DNA of 64,000 bases from the NCBI GenBank assembly GCA_963745025.1, contig CAVUWD010000016.1:480001-544000 (forward strand), given 5' to 3'. Below the pieces are notes generated by a model. The model saw only the letters and a program-made list of their open reading frames with translations. It did not search any database and was not told where the DNA came from. Source of the DNA: an uncultured delta proteobacterium. Its GTDB lineage: Bacteria; Desulfobacterota; Binatia; JACPRU01. Shown one piece after another: positions 42,609-52,078 of the stretch. Within the stretch, counting starts at the first letter, position 1, and each line of letters begins with the position of its first letter. Position numbers and translations under genes: made by a program.

Positions 42609-44420
42609 TCACGCACCGAGACTCAGCATTTTCAGTCGCTCTGCGGTCGGACGTCCGTCCTTGCCCCATCCGCGCTCGCGATAGTACTCCTCAAGCATCA
42701 CCTCGAGCGGCACGACGTGGCCCTTGCTCGGGCCCTCGCCGAGCGGCTCCTTCAACATTCGCGGCGGAAGCGAATCGTCCTTCCGGGTAAAGCCGGCCGC
42801 GTTGTTGAACAAGCGCTCGAGATTCCAGATGCGCTCGCCGACCAGCAGCATGCTCGGTACGTCGAACTCGGTCCCGAGCACGCTGTTCAGCATGTCGGCG
42901 ATCATGTCCGGCGGCATCGCCATGCTCGAAAAGAGACAGATGCCGGCGGCGTCGACCACGGCGGTGTTGTCCTGCAGCATCTTCATCCAGAATGCTTTCT
43001 GATCCGTGACGAACGGATCCAGCTTCACCGGGTTGCCGAAGTGCTCAACCGAGATCGAGTAGCCACGCAGATGACATGCACCGCGATTCGAAGTTGCGTA
43101 GCCGAGGCCCATGCCGACCGCTCCACGCGGATCGTAGGCCGCAAACGCCTGTTTCTTGGATCCGATGAAGAGCTCCGGATGCCCGTATTTCTCGGCGATC
43201 CGATAACCACCCTCCTGGAGCATCTTGCCGAAGCCTTCGCCGCTGCCCATGAGGTGCACCATGTCGATGACCGCATCGGCATCTCCGAAGCGGAGCGGTT
43301 GTCCGATGTCCTTCTCAGGCAGATAACCCTTCTCGAATAGCTCCATCGCGGTCGCGATCGTGCAGCCCGCTTCGATCGTATCGACGCCGATCTCGTTGCA
43401 GAGATAGTTCGCTTTGATGATGGCGGCGAGATTGTCGACGCCACACGATGTACCGAGGCCGAAGATCGTCTCGTACTCGGGGCCTTCCCCTCTGCCGTCG
43501 AATCTGCCGTGGCCCGTGATCTTGGTGACACGCCCGCAGTTGATCACGCAGGAATGACATCCGCGGTTGCGGGTCATGAAATCCTTTTTCACGCGCTCGC
43601 CGCTCACCTTCGATGCGCCGGCGAAGGTACCCGCCTGGAAATTGTTCGTCGGCAGGCACCCCGCCATGTTCATGTACTCGACCGTCCCCGCCGTACCGAG
43701 CATGGTGAGGCCGCCCGCTACCGGCGATCCTCCGACGGCGCGGACCGCGTTGCCGGCAGCCTGGATGAAGCTCTTCACGTCTGGCACGCGGACGCCTTTC
43801 GTTCCCCAGCAGGCGATGGCCTTCAGGTTCTTCGCACCCATCACCCCGCCCACGCCGGAGCGGCCAGCCGCGCGGCCCTTGTCGTTCATCACGCAGGCGA
43901 TGCGCGACCTTTGCTCGCCCGCGGGTCCGATCGAAGCGACCTTCACGTCGGGATGCGTCTCCTCACGGATCATGTTCTCGACGTCGTCGACGATCTTCCC
44001 CCAGAGATGCTTGGCGGGACGGATCTCGATGTGATCGTCGAGGATATAGAGATAGACCGGCTCCTTTGCTCGGCCTTCCACCAGCAGGTATTCGTAGCCC
44101 GCGAAGCGGAGCGCGGGCCCCCAGAATCCTCCCGAGTTCGAGCAAGCGATCGCCCCAGTCAGCGGCGATTTCGTGATCACCATGTAGCGGCCGCCGGTAG
44201 GCGCATACGTTCCGGTGAGCGGCCCGGTCGCGAAGATCAACGGATTCGCCGGATCGTACGCATCGATTTTCGGATCCTTGATGGCATCAAAGAGGAGCTT
44301 GCTCCCGAGGCCTCTGCCGCCGACGAAAAGCTCCCGCATGGAGCTCGGGATCGGCTCCTTGCTGATCTTTCCGGTCGATAGATTTACCCGGAGAAGCGTT
44401 GCATCAGTGTTTCCAGCCAT
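42609..44420 (-). CDS. aor: Aldehyde:ferredoxin oxidoreductase (W/Mo-pterin AOR family)
   Basis: GGRGLG, KSPLTG, SIGPAGE, GRAAGRSGVGGVMGAKNLKAI, CHSCVINC, EGPEYET, SNRGACH. Confidence 0.93.
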   Translation of the reverse strand: MAGNTDATLLRVNLSTGKISKEPIPSSMRELFVGGRGLGSKLLFDAIKDPKIDAYDPANPLIFATGPLTGTYAPTGGRYMVITKSPLTGAIACSNSGGFWGPALRFAGYEYLLVEGRAKEPVYLYILDDHIEIRPAKHLWGKIVDDVENMIREETHPDVKVASIGPAGEQRSRIACVMNDKGRAAGRSGVGGVMGAKNLKAIACWGTKGVRVPDVKSFIQAAGNAVRAVGGSPVAGGLTMLGTAGTVEYMNMAGCLPTNNFQAGTFAGASKVSGERVKKDFMTRNRGCHSCVINCGRVTKITGHGRFDGRGEGPEYETIFGLGTSCGVDNLAAIIKANYLCNEIGVDTIEAGCTIATAMELFEKGYLPEKDIGQPLRFGDADAVIDMVHLMGSGEGFGKMLQEGGYRIAEKYGHPELFIGSKKQAFAAYDPRGAVGMGLGYATSNRGACHLRGYSISVEHFGNPVKLDPFVTDQKAFWMKMLQDNTAVVDAAGICLFSSMAMPPDMIADMLNSVLGTEFDVPSMLLVGERIWNLERLFNNAAGFTRKDDSLPPRMLKEPLGEGPSKGHVVPLEVMLEEYYRERGWGKDGRPTAERLKMLSLGA

Positions 44421-44521
44421 CGTGGGTTCCTCCGTGCGAAGCCTCGTGATACCCGGCTACCAGCGAGCTCATCTACCACCAAAGCCCCGCATCGACAAGA
44501 AAACGAAAGGCGTAGGACAGA

Positions 44522-44992
44522 TCACCCACCCTGCACCTGCTCTCGGATGATGGCCGCGACCGCGGGGAATGCACGCGTCAACATGGTGAGCCGCGCGGCA
44601 CCATCGCCCACGTGGGTACGGAGGGCCGCTCGATACTCGGCGAGCGCCGCGCGCAGGTCGGGCTCCTTGGCGGGATCGATCACGTTACCTGCGGCGAGGC
44701 AGCCGTTGATCGCTTCGGCGATCTCCTCGAGCTGCTTGGCGGCCTCCTCGGAGAGCTTCGCTCGTAGCAGCTCCTCCCAGAGCGCAATCACGACCTGACT
44801 GGCGAGCCCCTCACGATCGAGCCCGAGAGTCAGCTGGTAGAGTTGCCGCGAGAGCGCCTCGGTGCTACCGAGCCGCCGGCGCGAGACCAGCACGCGCGAT
44901 CGTAGCAGCTTCTCCTGGAGCTTGGCGATCCCCTCCATCCGGACTAGCTCCTCGATCAGCTCCCGAAACTCCGATGCGGACAGTCGTGCCAC
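44522..44992 (-). CDS. Hypothetical helical protein
   Basis: ORF with a GGAGG-like upstream sequence and protein-like composition. Confidence 0.65.
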   Translation of the reverse strand: MARLSASEFRELIEELVRMEGIAKLQEKLLRSRVLVSRRRLGSTEALSRQLYQLTLGLDREGLASQVVIALWEELLRAKLSEEAAKQLEEIAEAINGCLAAGNVIDPAKEPDLRAALAEYRAALRTHVGDGAARLTMLTRAFPAVAAIIREQVQGG

Positions 44993-45165
44993 GGACCCCC
45001 CTCGCGATCGGCCCGTTCTGCCACCGAGCCGCCGACAAAAAAAGGGGGTCGAGTTGACCGGGGCACGTAGTTTTTACGACGTCCGTTTTGGAGGATTCGT
45101 CCTATCGGAAGAGCGATATGGAAGATGCCAGGATTCTCGGTCAAGGATGGGATTGATGGGGGCGA

Positions 45166-46167
45166 TCAGGCAACGAGCGGCTTCGGATTCGAGGTGTCGA
45201 CACCCAAGGATTTCAGCAGTCGGTCCTTGATCCGTACCGCCGTCTTCTCCATCGCCACACCCCCTTCGTCAACGCGGATTCGGCCTCCCGCAATCATGTC
45301 GTGCCCACCTGCGGATTTTGCCCCGAGTACCTTCTGCAACAGGTCCCCCGCATTCATCTCGCGATTGGTCGTGCGCAGGGAGACGTGCAACCACTTGTTG
45401 TTGTAGAAGCCCATCGCTGCCGCCCACTCGATACCGTCGAGCCGAAGCAGAAAGTCCGCAACCTCCGCAACCATGTCGGGGTACTGCACGTCGTGGAGCA
45501 CTGAGATGACGATCTTGTCGTAGACCTTGGCCTCCTCGATGGCGTCTCGAAAGCCCTTGAAATACTCCATGGGAACGCGGGCATTCTCGATCTTCGCCAA
45601 CCGCCGCTTGTTCGTGTGCGGGTACAGGAATTGGCAGGCGGCCACGTCTGCGGCCGTCGCTTCGCGCCCTAGGTCCTGTGTCTCGGCGGTGATGCCGTAG
45701 AAGAGCGCGGTGGCGATCTTCCCCTCGATCGGGGCGCGCGATTCGCGGAGATACTCGGCGAGGATCGTCGACGTCGCCCCGTAGTCGGTTCGTAGGTCGG
45801 AAAACGACACGCCGCGATAGTCAGAATACGCTGGGTGATGATCGATGACGATCGTCGGTATCATGCCTTCGGGTAACGAATTGTTCGCGCGGCCCGGTTG
45901 GGTATCGACTAGCGCGACGATCGTTTCCGGCCCGAACGCGATCGACGAGACGCCGACGAGATTGATGTTGAGATAGGTCAACATCGCGCGGTTCTCGGCT
46001 CTGCCGACGATTCCGCCGAGAGCGATCGACGCCTCGCGCTTGGCGAGCTGTCGGAAGAGATACGCGAGCGTCGCCGCGCTTGCCAGAGCATCCGGGTCGG
46101 GATTGTCGTGTGGCAAGATTACGATCGGTGCCGGTCGTGCGATTGCCTGCAGCAGCGCCGGCAGCAT
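45166..46167 (-). CDS. DHH/DHHA1 phosphoesterase (NrnA-like)
   Basis: HDNPDPDA, LVDTQP, IDHH, GATST, AGGH. Confidence 0.92.
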   Translation of the reverse strand: MLPALLQAIARPAPIVILPHDNPDPDALASAATLAYLFRQLAKREASIALGGIVGRAENRAMLTYLNINLVGVSSIAFGPETIVALVDTQPGRANNSLPEGMIPTIVIDHHPAYSDYRGVSFSDLRTDYGATSTILAEYLRESRAPIEGKIATALFYGITAETQDLGREATAADVAACQFLYPHTNKRRLAKIENARVPMEYFKGFRDAIEEAKVYDKIVISVLHDVQYPDMVAEVADFLLRLDGIEWAAAMGFYNNKWLHVSLRTTNREMNAGDLLQKVLGAKSAGGHDMIAGGRIRVDEGGVAMEKTAVRIKDRLLKSLGVDTSNPKPLVA

Positions 46168-46312
46168 CGCTCGATTGTTTCCCGCTTGCCCCATGTGAGG
46201 AGAGTTCGGACCGCGGATTATCGCAGCGGCTGAAGAGCTTGTCTACGCTACACGGAAGGCTCGGCTCGGGATCGTTGTACCGGTGAGCCGATCTGCTACC
46301 CTCCCTGCCCAC

Positions 46313-47773
46313 ATGCCTGGAACCCCCGAGCCACGCCGCTTTTTCCTCGAGCGCTACGGCTTAACCGAAGGGGAACTCGAGCACGTGCTCGGACATGCCA
46401 TCGGCCGTCGCGCCGATCACGCCGACCTCTACTTCGAGTTCACCACGAGCGAAAGCCTGCAAATGGAGGAATCGCTGGTGAAGAAGGCGACTCGCAGCGT
46501 GTCGCAAGGAGTCGGTGTCCGGGTGGTCGCCGAGGATCGAACCGGCTATGCCTATTCCGACGAGCTGACGCTCGAGCGGCTGCGCATCGCGGCGACGACG
46601 GCCCGAGCGATCGCCGCCGACAGCGGCGTCCATACACCCGCCGCGGTCGCGACGGCGTGTCCCCGCCACGAGCTCTACCGACTCGAACATCCGCCGATCG
46701 AGACGGATCTTCGCGAGAGGATCGAGTTGCTGAACGCGATCGACGTCGAAGCGCGACGCTTCGACGCACGCATTCGCAACGTTCTCGCCACGCTATCGTG
46801 CGAGCAAAAGCTGGTGTTCCTCATGACGGCTGACGGTATCATTACGAGTGACGTGCAGCCGCTCGTGCGCCTGCAGGTCACCGCGATCGCGGACGACGGA
46901 TCCACGCGCCAGCAGGGAAGCTTCGGCGGCGGGGGCCGGACCGGCTTCGAGTTTCTCACCCAGCTCGATCCGCGATGGAGCCTGCCGCGATTCGTTCGGT
47001 TCACTCGCGAGGCGGCTCGGCAAGCGATCGTCAACCTCGACGCCATCGATGCCCCCGCCGGCAGCCTGATCGTAGTGTTGGCCCCGGGCTGGCCCGGCAT
47101 CCTGCTTCACGAGGCGGTGGGACACGGCCTCGAGGCGGACTTCAACCGCAAGGGCGTGTCGGCGTTCAGCGGCCGTCTGAACGAGCGTGTCGCATCCGAG
47201 CTCTGCACGGTCGTGGATGACGGGACGATCCCGAATCGTCGCGGCTCCCTCAACTTCGACGACGAGGGCACACCGACCTCGCGGACGGTCTTGATCGAGA
47301 ACGGCATCCTGCGAGGCTACTTGCAGGACCGGATGAACGCTCGCCTTCTCGGCATGCCGCTCACCGGCAATGGCCGTCGCGAGAGCTTCGCCCACATTCC
47401 GATGCCCCGTATGACGAACACGTTTCTCCTGGCCGGAGACGATGCTCCCGAGGACATCGTTCGCTCGGTCGATCGAGGTCTTTACGCCGCGTACTTCGGC
47501 GGCGGGCAGGTGGACATCACGAGCGGCAAGTTCGTCTTCTCCGCTGCGGAGGCATATCTCATCGAAGGCGGACGAGTGACGCGACCCGTGAAGGGAGCGA
47601 CATTGATCGGTAGCGGGCCCGAGGTGCTCAAGCGAGTCACGCGGGTCGGCAGCGATCTGCGGCTCGATGAAGGCATCGGCACGTGTGGAAAGGACGGCCA
47701 GCAGGTTCCCGTCGGCGTCGGCTTGCCTACCCTTCGCATCGACGGCCTGACCGTCGGAGGGACCCGCGCCTGA
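46313..47773 (+). CDS. tldD: TldD metalloprotease subunit
   Basis: GWPGILLHEAVGHGLEADFNRKG, TGNGRRES, PRMTNT, GTCGKDGQ. Confidence 0.96.
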   Translation: MPGTPEPRRFFLERYGLTEGELEHVLGHAIGRRADHADLYFEFTTSESLQMEESLVKKATRSVSQGVGVRVVAEDRTGYAYSDELTLERLRIAATTARAIAADSGVHTPAAVATACPRHELYRLEHPPIETDLRERIELLNAIDVEARRFDARIRNVLATLSCEQKLVFLMTADGIITSDVQPLVRLQVTAIADDGSTRQQGSFGGGGRTGFEFLTQLDPRWSLPRFVRFTREAARQAIVNLDAIDAPAGSLIVVLAPGWPGILLHEAVGHGLEADFNRKGVSAFSGRLNERVASELCTVVDDGTIPNRRGSLNFDDEGTPTSRTVLIENGILRGYLQDRMNARLLGMPLTGNGRRESFAHIPMPRMTNTFLLAGDDAPEDIVRSVDRGLYAAYFGGGQVDITSGKFVFSAAEAYLIEGGRVTRPVKGATLIGSGPEVLKRVTRVGSDLRLDEGIGTCGKDGQQVPVGVGLPTLRIDGLTVGGTRA

Positions 47774-47774
47774 T

Positions 47775-49121
47775 ATGGATCTCGACGAGGCGGTCGACCT
47801 GACCTTACGGCGGGCGCGTAACCTCGACGGGCTCGAGGCCGAGGTAGTGGCGGTCGAGGGTGACCGTCTCGACGTCGGCGTACGCCTCGGCAAAACCGAG
47901 AAGCTGAAGCGATCGCGCGAGCGGCGGCTCGCGCTGCGTCTCTTCGCCGGCCAATCGAGCGCGGTAACGTCGACAGCGGATCTCAGCGCGGCATCCCTCG
48001 CAGCGCTCGTCGACGATTGCGTCGGCCTCGCGCGGGCGACGACCCCGGACCCCTTCAGCGGTCTTCCCGACTTGGACGGAGAGCCTCCCCTGCCCCTCGA
48101 CCTCGATCTGCTCGATCTCACCGCCGAGAGCTTCACCGCCGAGCAAGCCATCGCGATTGCGCGAGATGCAGAGGAAGCCGCGCTCGCCTTCGACCCTCGT
48201 CTCAGCAACTCCGAGGGTGCCGAGTTCTCCGCGGGGGCGCGGCGGCTGGTCTACGCAACGTCTCGCGGCTTCCAGGGCGAGCAACGCTCCTCATCCTTCT
48301 CGCTCACGGTCGTGCCCGTCGCCGTGGCCGGCGCCGCGATGCAGCGCGACTACTGGTATACCGCTGGCCGCAAGCGTGCCCACCTGGACGATCCTCGCGA
48401 GGTAGGCCGCAAGGCCGCCGGTCGGACGCTCCGACGACTAGGTGCGAGGTCGGTTGCGACTTGCGCGGTGCCGGTCGTCTTCGATCCGGAGACGGCAGCG
48501 TCACTCGTCGGCCATCTCGCATCGGCGGTCTCCGGTTCGGCCGTCTACCGCGGCATGTCCTTTCTCCGCGACCGGCTCGGAACGGTCATCGGTTCCGAAA
48601 TGCTGCGCATCGTCGACGATCCGCTGCGTGTGGGAGGACTCGCCTCGCGGCGGTTCGACGCCGAAGGGCTCACCAGTCGGAGAAACGTCGTCGTGGACGG
48701 CGGCGTCTTGAAGACGTTTCTCCTCGACACGTACTCCTCGCGGAAGCTCGGGCAGCGCTCGACCGCCAGCGCCGTGCGTTCGCTCGGCGAGCCGCCTATG
48801 GCGGGTTCGACCAATCTCTACCTCGAGCCCGGCTCCCATCCGCCTGAAGAGGTCATCGGCTCGGTCGCAAACGGGTTCTACGTGACCGAGCTCATCGGCC
48901 CGGGCGTCAACTCCGTCACCGGCGACTACTCGCGAGGGGCCGCCGGTTTGTGGATCGAAAACGGCAGGCTCACCTTCCCCGTCGAGGAGGTAACGATCGC
49001 CGGGAACCTCCTCGAGATGTTCGCCGGAATCGAAGCCATCGGCAGCGACCTCGCCTTCCGTTCGAGTGTTTCGGCGCCAACCGTCAAGATCGCCAAGATG
49101 ACGGTGGCAGGACAGGGCTGA
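47775..49121 (+). CDS. pmbA: TldE/PmbA subunit
   Basis: MQRDYWY, FDAEG, GVNSVTGDYSRGAAG, EVTIAGNL; follows tldD. Confidence 0.94.
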   Translation: MDLDEAVDLTLRRARNLDGLEAEVVAVEGDRLDVGVRLGKTEKLKRSRERRLALRLFAGQSSAVTSTADLSAASLAALVDDCVGLARATTPDPFSGLPDLDGEPPLPLDLDLLDLTAESFTAEQAIAIARDAEEAALAFDPRLSNSEGAEFSAGARRLVYATSRGFQGEQRSSSFSLTVVPVAVAGAAMQRDYWYTAGRKRAHLDDPREVGRKAAGRTLRRLGARSVATCAVPVVFDPETAASLVGHLASAVSGSAVYRGMSFLRDRLGTVIGSEMLRIVDDPLRVGGLASRRFDAEGLTSRRNVVVDGGVLKTFLLDTYSSRKLGQRSTASAVRSLGEPPMAGSTNLYLEPGSHPPEEVIGSVANGFYVTELIGPGVNSVTGDYSRGAAGLWIENGRLTFPVEEVTIAGNLLEMFAGIEAIGSDLAFRSSVSAPTVKIAKMTVAGQG

Positions 49122-49127
49122 AAGAGG

Positions 49128-50168
49128 CTACGGGCTGCGGGCTACGGATCCCGCCCCCTGCCCTACCTCGACGCCGGCTTCCACTTCGAAACCCATCTCT
49201 TCGATCATGCGGCGGGCTTCGTCGGGATTCTGGCCCGGCGTGGTCAGATAGCCCTGCACGAAGATTGAGTTCGCCGGGTAGAGTGCGAGCGCCTGCCACT
49301 CCCGGAGGTTCCGCTCGCGCCCGCCGGCGGCACGGATCTCGGCCTTCGGATTCGTGAAGCGAAATAGGCAGAGCGCCTTCAGCGCGCGTATCGGATCGAG
49401 AAAGCTCACCCCCTCGAGCGGCGTGCCGTCGATCGGATGGAGAAAGTTGACGGGCAGCGAGTCGACTTCGAGCTCGCGAAGCGAAAGCGCCAGATCGACG
49501 ACGTCCTCGTCGCCCTCGCCCATGCCGACGATGCCGCCGCAGCAGGTCGAAAGTCCCGCGGCCTTGACGTTCTTCACCGTACGCACGCGGTCCGCGAACG
49601 TGTGCGTCGTGCAGATCTCCGAATGGAAGCGCTCGCTGGTATTCAAGTTGTGGTTGACCCAGCCGACGCCCGACGCTTTCAGCTCGCGCGCCTGCTCCTC
49701 GCTCATCAAGCCGAGGCTCACGCAGATCTCGATGTCGGGAAACTCCTGCTTGATGCGACGCGCCGCACCGGCGAGGCGACCGATGTCGGGCTCACTCGGG
49801 CCGCGGCCACTCGTCACCATGCAGTAGCGTCGCGCGCCGCTCGCTGCGGCGTGGCGCGCGCCTTCGACCAACGCTTGCTCCGAGAGCAGACGGTAGCGCG
49901 GAATCTCGGCGGTGGAGACCGAGGACTGCGAGCAATAGTGGCAGTCTTCCGGACAAAGACCGCTTCGCGCGTTCTGGAGGATGCAAACCTTCACGCGCCG
50001 CCCGAAGCTCGCCTCGCGAATCCGGAATGCCTGCCAGAGCAGCGTCCGCAAATCCTCGTCCGGCGTCCGCAGCAGCGACAGCGCGGTCTCCCGCGACAAC
50101 TGCTCGCCGCAAAGCGAGGCGTCGGCCACGCTCGAGAGCGACGATTCCCGCTGCCCAACCTCGTTCAT
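49128..50168 (-). CDS. bioB: Biotin synthase
   Basis: SGLCPEDCHYCSQS radical-SAM motif, NHNLNTS, CCGGIVGMGE, YLTTPG. Confidence 0.95.
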   Translation of the reverse strand: MNEVGQRESSLSSVADASLCGEQLSRETALSLLRTPDEDLRTLLWQAFRIREASFGRRVKVCILQNARSGLCPEDCHYCSQSSVSTAEIPRYRLLSEQALVEGARHAAASGARRYCMVTSGRGPSEPDIGRLAGAARRIKQEFPDIEICVSLGLMSEEQARELKASGVGWVNHNLNTSERFHSEICTTHTFADRVRTVKNVKAAGLSTCCGGIVGMGEGDEDVVDLALSLRELEVDSLPVNFLHPIDGTPLEGVSFLDPIRALKALCLFRFTNPKAEIRAAGGRERNLREWQALALYPANSIFVQGYLTTPGQNPDEARRMIEEMGFEVEAGVEVGQGAGSVARSP

Positions 50169-50236
50169 CCGTGCATGCTCCGCCTTCGATGTCGCGCGGT
50201 AAGCTATCAGACAGGCGTTACCGATCAAGCGCCGCC

Positions 50237-50282
50237 TTGACTGACCTCTCGACGTGGCTAGTATGTGTACGATGGACACAAC
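50237..50282 (+). promoter_or_regulatory. nadA promoter with candidate NrtR operator
   Basis: TTGACT-16 nt-TAGTAT, then 7 nt to ATG 50272; TGTGT-N7-ACACA palindrome at 50264-50280. Confidence 0.6.
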
Positions 50283-51279
50283 CGCTGCGGAACCGACGGT
50301 GGCAAGCGACCTTTGGACCCAGCTCCAACGGCTCGGCGACGAAGGATACGACCGCGCTCGGTGCGCCGAGATCGCCGCTCTAGCCGCCGAGATCCGCGAG
50401 CTCAAGGGGATGCGAAACGCCGTCGTGCTGGCTCACAACTACCAGCGCCCCGAGATCTTCGAGGTCGCCGACTTCATCGGTGATAGCCTCGAGCTCGCGC
50501 GCAAGGCCGCGACGGTGGATGCCGATGTGATCGTCTTTTGCGGCGTCCATTTCATGGCGGAGACGGCCAAGATCCTGAACCCGCAAAAGACGGTGTTGCT
50601 TCCAAACCTCGCCGCGGGCTGCAGCCTCGCCGACTCGATCACGGGCGACGCTCTCGCGGAGCGCCGCGAGGAGCTCCGCAGGCTCTATCCCGATCTCGCC
50701 GTCGTCTCCTACGTCAACACCACGGCCGAGGTGAAAGCGGAGTCCGACGTTTGCTGCACGTCGTCGAACGCGGTGAGGATCGTCGAGGCGCTGCCGAATC
50801 AGAACATTCTGTTCACGCCCGACGAGAATCTGGCTGCGTACGTACAATCGCAGACCAAGAAGAACATCGTCGCCTGGAACGGCAACTGTTACGTCCACCA
50901 CCAGATCCGGCCCGAGCACATTCAGCGAGTCCGCGAAGCGATGCCGCACGTGCAGGTGATCGCGCACCCGGAGTGCCGAGCAGACGTCCTGGCGCTCGCG
51001 GATGCCGTGCTCTCCACCAGCGGGATGATCGACTATGCGAAGAAGAGCGAGGCCCACGAGTTCCTGATCGTCACCGAGTGTGGCCTCTCCGATCGGCTGC
51101 TCCTCGAGCTGCCCGAGAAGAAGTTCTACAAGGCCTGCAAGCTCTGCCAGTACATGAAGATGATCACCCTCGAGGAGACCGCCGAGGCGCTGCGAAGCCT
51201 GCGCCACCCGATTCTCATCGAGGAAGACGTCCGCGCGCGCGCCGAACGAGCCATCCGTCGCATGCTCGAGCTCGGATGA
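50272..51279 (+). CDS. nadA: Quinolinate synthase
   Basis: LAHNYQ, GDSLEL, FCGVHFMAETAKILNP, AGCSLAD, CYVH, AHPEC, CQYMK. Confidence 0.96.
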   Translation: MDTTAAEPTVASDLWTQLQRLGDEGYDRARCAEIAALAAEIRELKGMRNAVVLAHNYQRPEIFEVADFIGDSLELARKAATVDADVIVFCGVHFMAETAKILNPQKTVLLPNLAAGCSLADSITGDALAERREELRRLYPDLAVVSYVNTTAEVKAESDVCCTSSNAVRIVEALPNQNILFTPDENLAAYVQSQTKKNIVAWNGNCYVHHQIRPEHIQRVREAMPHVQVIAHPECRADVLALADAVLSTSGMIDYAKKSEAHEFLIVTECGLSDRLLLELPEKKFYKACKLCQYMKMITLEETAEALRSLRHPILIEEDVRARAERAIRRMLELG

Positions 51280-51968
51280 GCCGAGCGAGGATGCGGCAGC
51301 GCCACCCCTGGGCAGCCGTTGACGTCGTGATCTTCCGCGTCGAAGGGCGGGCCCTCGAGGCGTTGCTCGTGAAGATCAAACACGGACCATTTCGCGGTCG
51401 ATGGGCCTTCCCCGGCGGGCTCGTGGTGCTCGGCGAGACCCTCGACGAGGCGGCGCGGCGGGAGCTTTTCGAAAAGACACCCATCCGCGACGTTTACCTC
51501 GAGCAGCTCTTCACGTTCGGCGATCCCGATCGCAATCCCGCCAGGCATGTCGTCTCGACGGCCTACTTCGCTCTTCTGCCCGCGTCGGCCGCCGCGCCGC
51601 GCGCAGGTACGAAATACGCCGAAGCCGGCTGGTTCGACGTCAAGCGTCTGCCCGTGCTCGCATACGACCACAACCGGGTCGCGGCAGTGGCCCTGGAGCG
51701 CTTACGAGCGAAGATTGCCTACACGAACGTCGCGTACGGGCTGCTTTCTCGCGCATTCACGCTCGGTGAGCTGCAGCGTGTCTACGAGGTGATTCGCGGG
51801 CGACCGCTCGACCGACGGAACTTTCGAAGGAAGATCCTGGAGACCGGGTTGGTCAAGCCGCTCCACCGCTATCGCCGCGGGGCGCATCGCCCCGCCGCCT
51901 TGTACGCGTTTCGTGAGCGGCGGCTTGCAGCCGCTCGGCGGACCTTCCGATGGTCCGATCTCGGTTAG
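51276..51968 (+). CDS. nrtR: NrtR Nudix/winged-HTH regulator
   Basis: WAFPGG, ETLDEAARREL, LEQLFTFGDPDR, LAYDH, FTLGEL, DRRNFRRKI, RPAALY. Confidence 0.88.
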   Translation: MSRARMRQRHPWAAVDVVIFRVEGRALEALLVKIKHGPFRGRWAFPGGLVVLGETLDEAARRELFEKTPIRDVYLEQLFTFGDPDRNPARHVVSTAYFALLPASAAAPRAGTKYAEAGWFDVKRLPVLAYDHNRVAAVALERLRAKIAYTNVAYGLLSRAFTLGELQRVYEVIRGRPLDRRNFRRKILETGLVKPLHRYRRGAHRPAALYAFRERRLAAARRTFRWSDLG

Positions 51969-52078
51969 CCACTGACAGACCGCTGCGAAACCTGCCACCT
52001 TCGCTACCCCGTAATCACACCTCTGGGAGAAATCCGGGAATCCCATGCGCGGTGTGCGCGGCGAACGCGCTCTCATTC

